NCBI GenBank assembly: GCA_965369865.1
Contig: CBDURU010000080.1
Span: 1 to 17,303 of the forward strand
Direction: 5' to 3'
From: an uncultured bacterium
GTDB taxonomy: Bacteria; JAJVIF01; JAPKYR01
DNA: 17,303 nt
Part shown: positions 17,139-17,303 of the stretch, in pieces
Numbering within the stretch: position 1 is the first letter of the stretch
How the letters are laid out: the number at the start of each line of letters is the position of its first letter
The notes under the pieces: generated by a model
Database searches by the model: none
Told to the model about the DNA's origin: nothing
The model's input: the letters and a program-made list of their open reading frames with translations, nothing else
Program-made: the position numbers and the translations under genes

Positions 17139-17303
17139 GACAATCTCCCTCCAATCATTGGTTCTCTCTCGACCATTATTAGTATCGTTGATTATGGACG
17201 GTTCTCTTACCCCTCTGGATGGATTCCCCGTCCTTCTCTTGCTATCACGATCGGGGACATCTCTTGAGGTTGTCCCTTTTATAGTTGAAAATAGTGGGGT
17301 TCC

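Overview
A bacterial chromosomal window of mostly housekeeping or accessory genes. It encodes a GPH-type MFS transporter, two tandem paralogous membrane proteins, a stand-alone receiver-domain response regulator, a zinc-ribbon/J-domain/membrane protein, a ClpC-type Hsp100 ATPase whose coiled-coil middle domain appears replaced by an acidic low-complexity linker, a REP-associated tyrosine transposase (RAYT), a ~1050-aa lipoprotein with four 98-aa repeats and a C-terminal HExxH metallopeptidase domain, a small secreted acidic protein, a TPR protein, tRNA-Arg(UCG), and two small disordered proteins. The strongest signal is non-coding. The RAYT gene sits between ~97-bp inverted repeats, and most intergenic spaces carry a different family of GTAG/GTG-led or C/G-tract hairpin repeats. 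These include a 47-bp tandem that supplies a gene's stop codon, a 101-bp element present twice in inverted orientation about 12 kb apart, and a three-layer nested element after the tRNA. All calls come from reading the sequence; no database search or folding computation was run.
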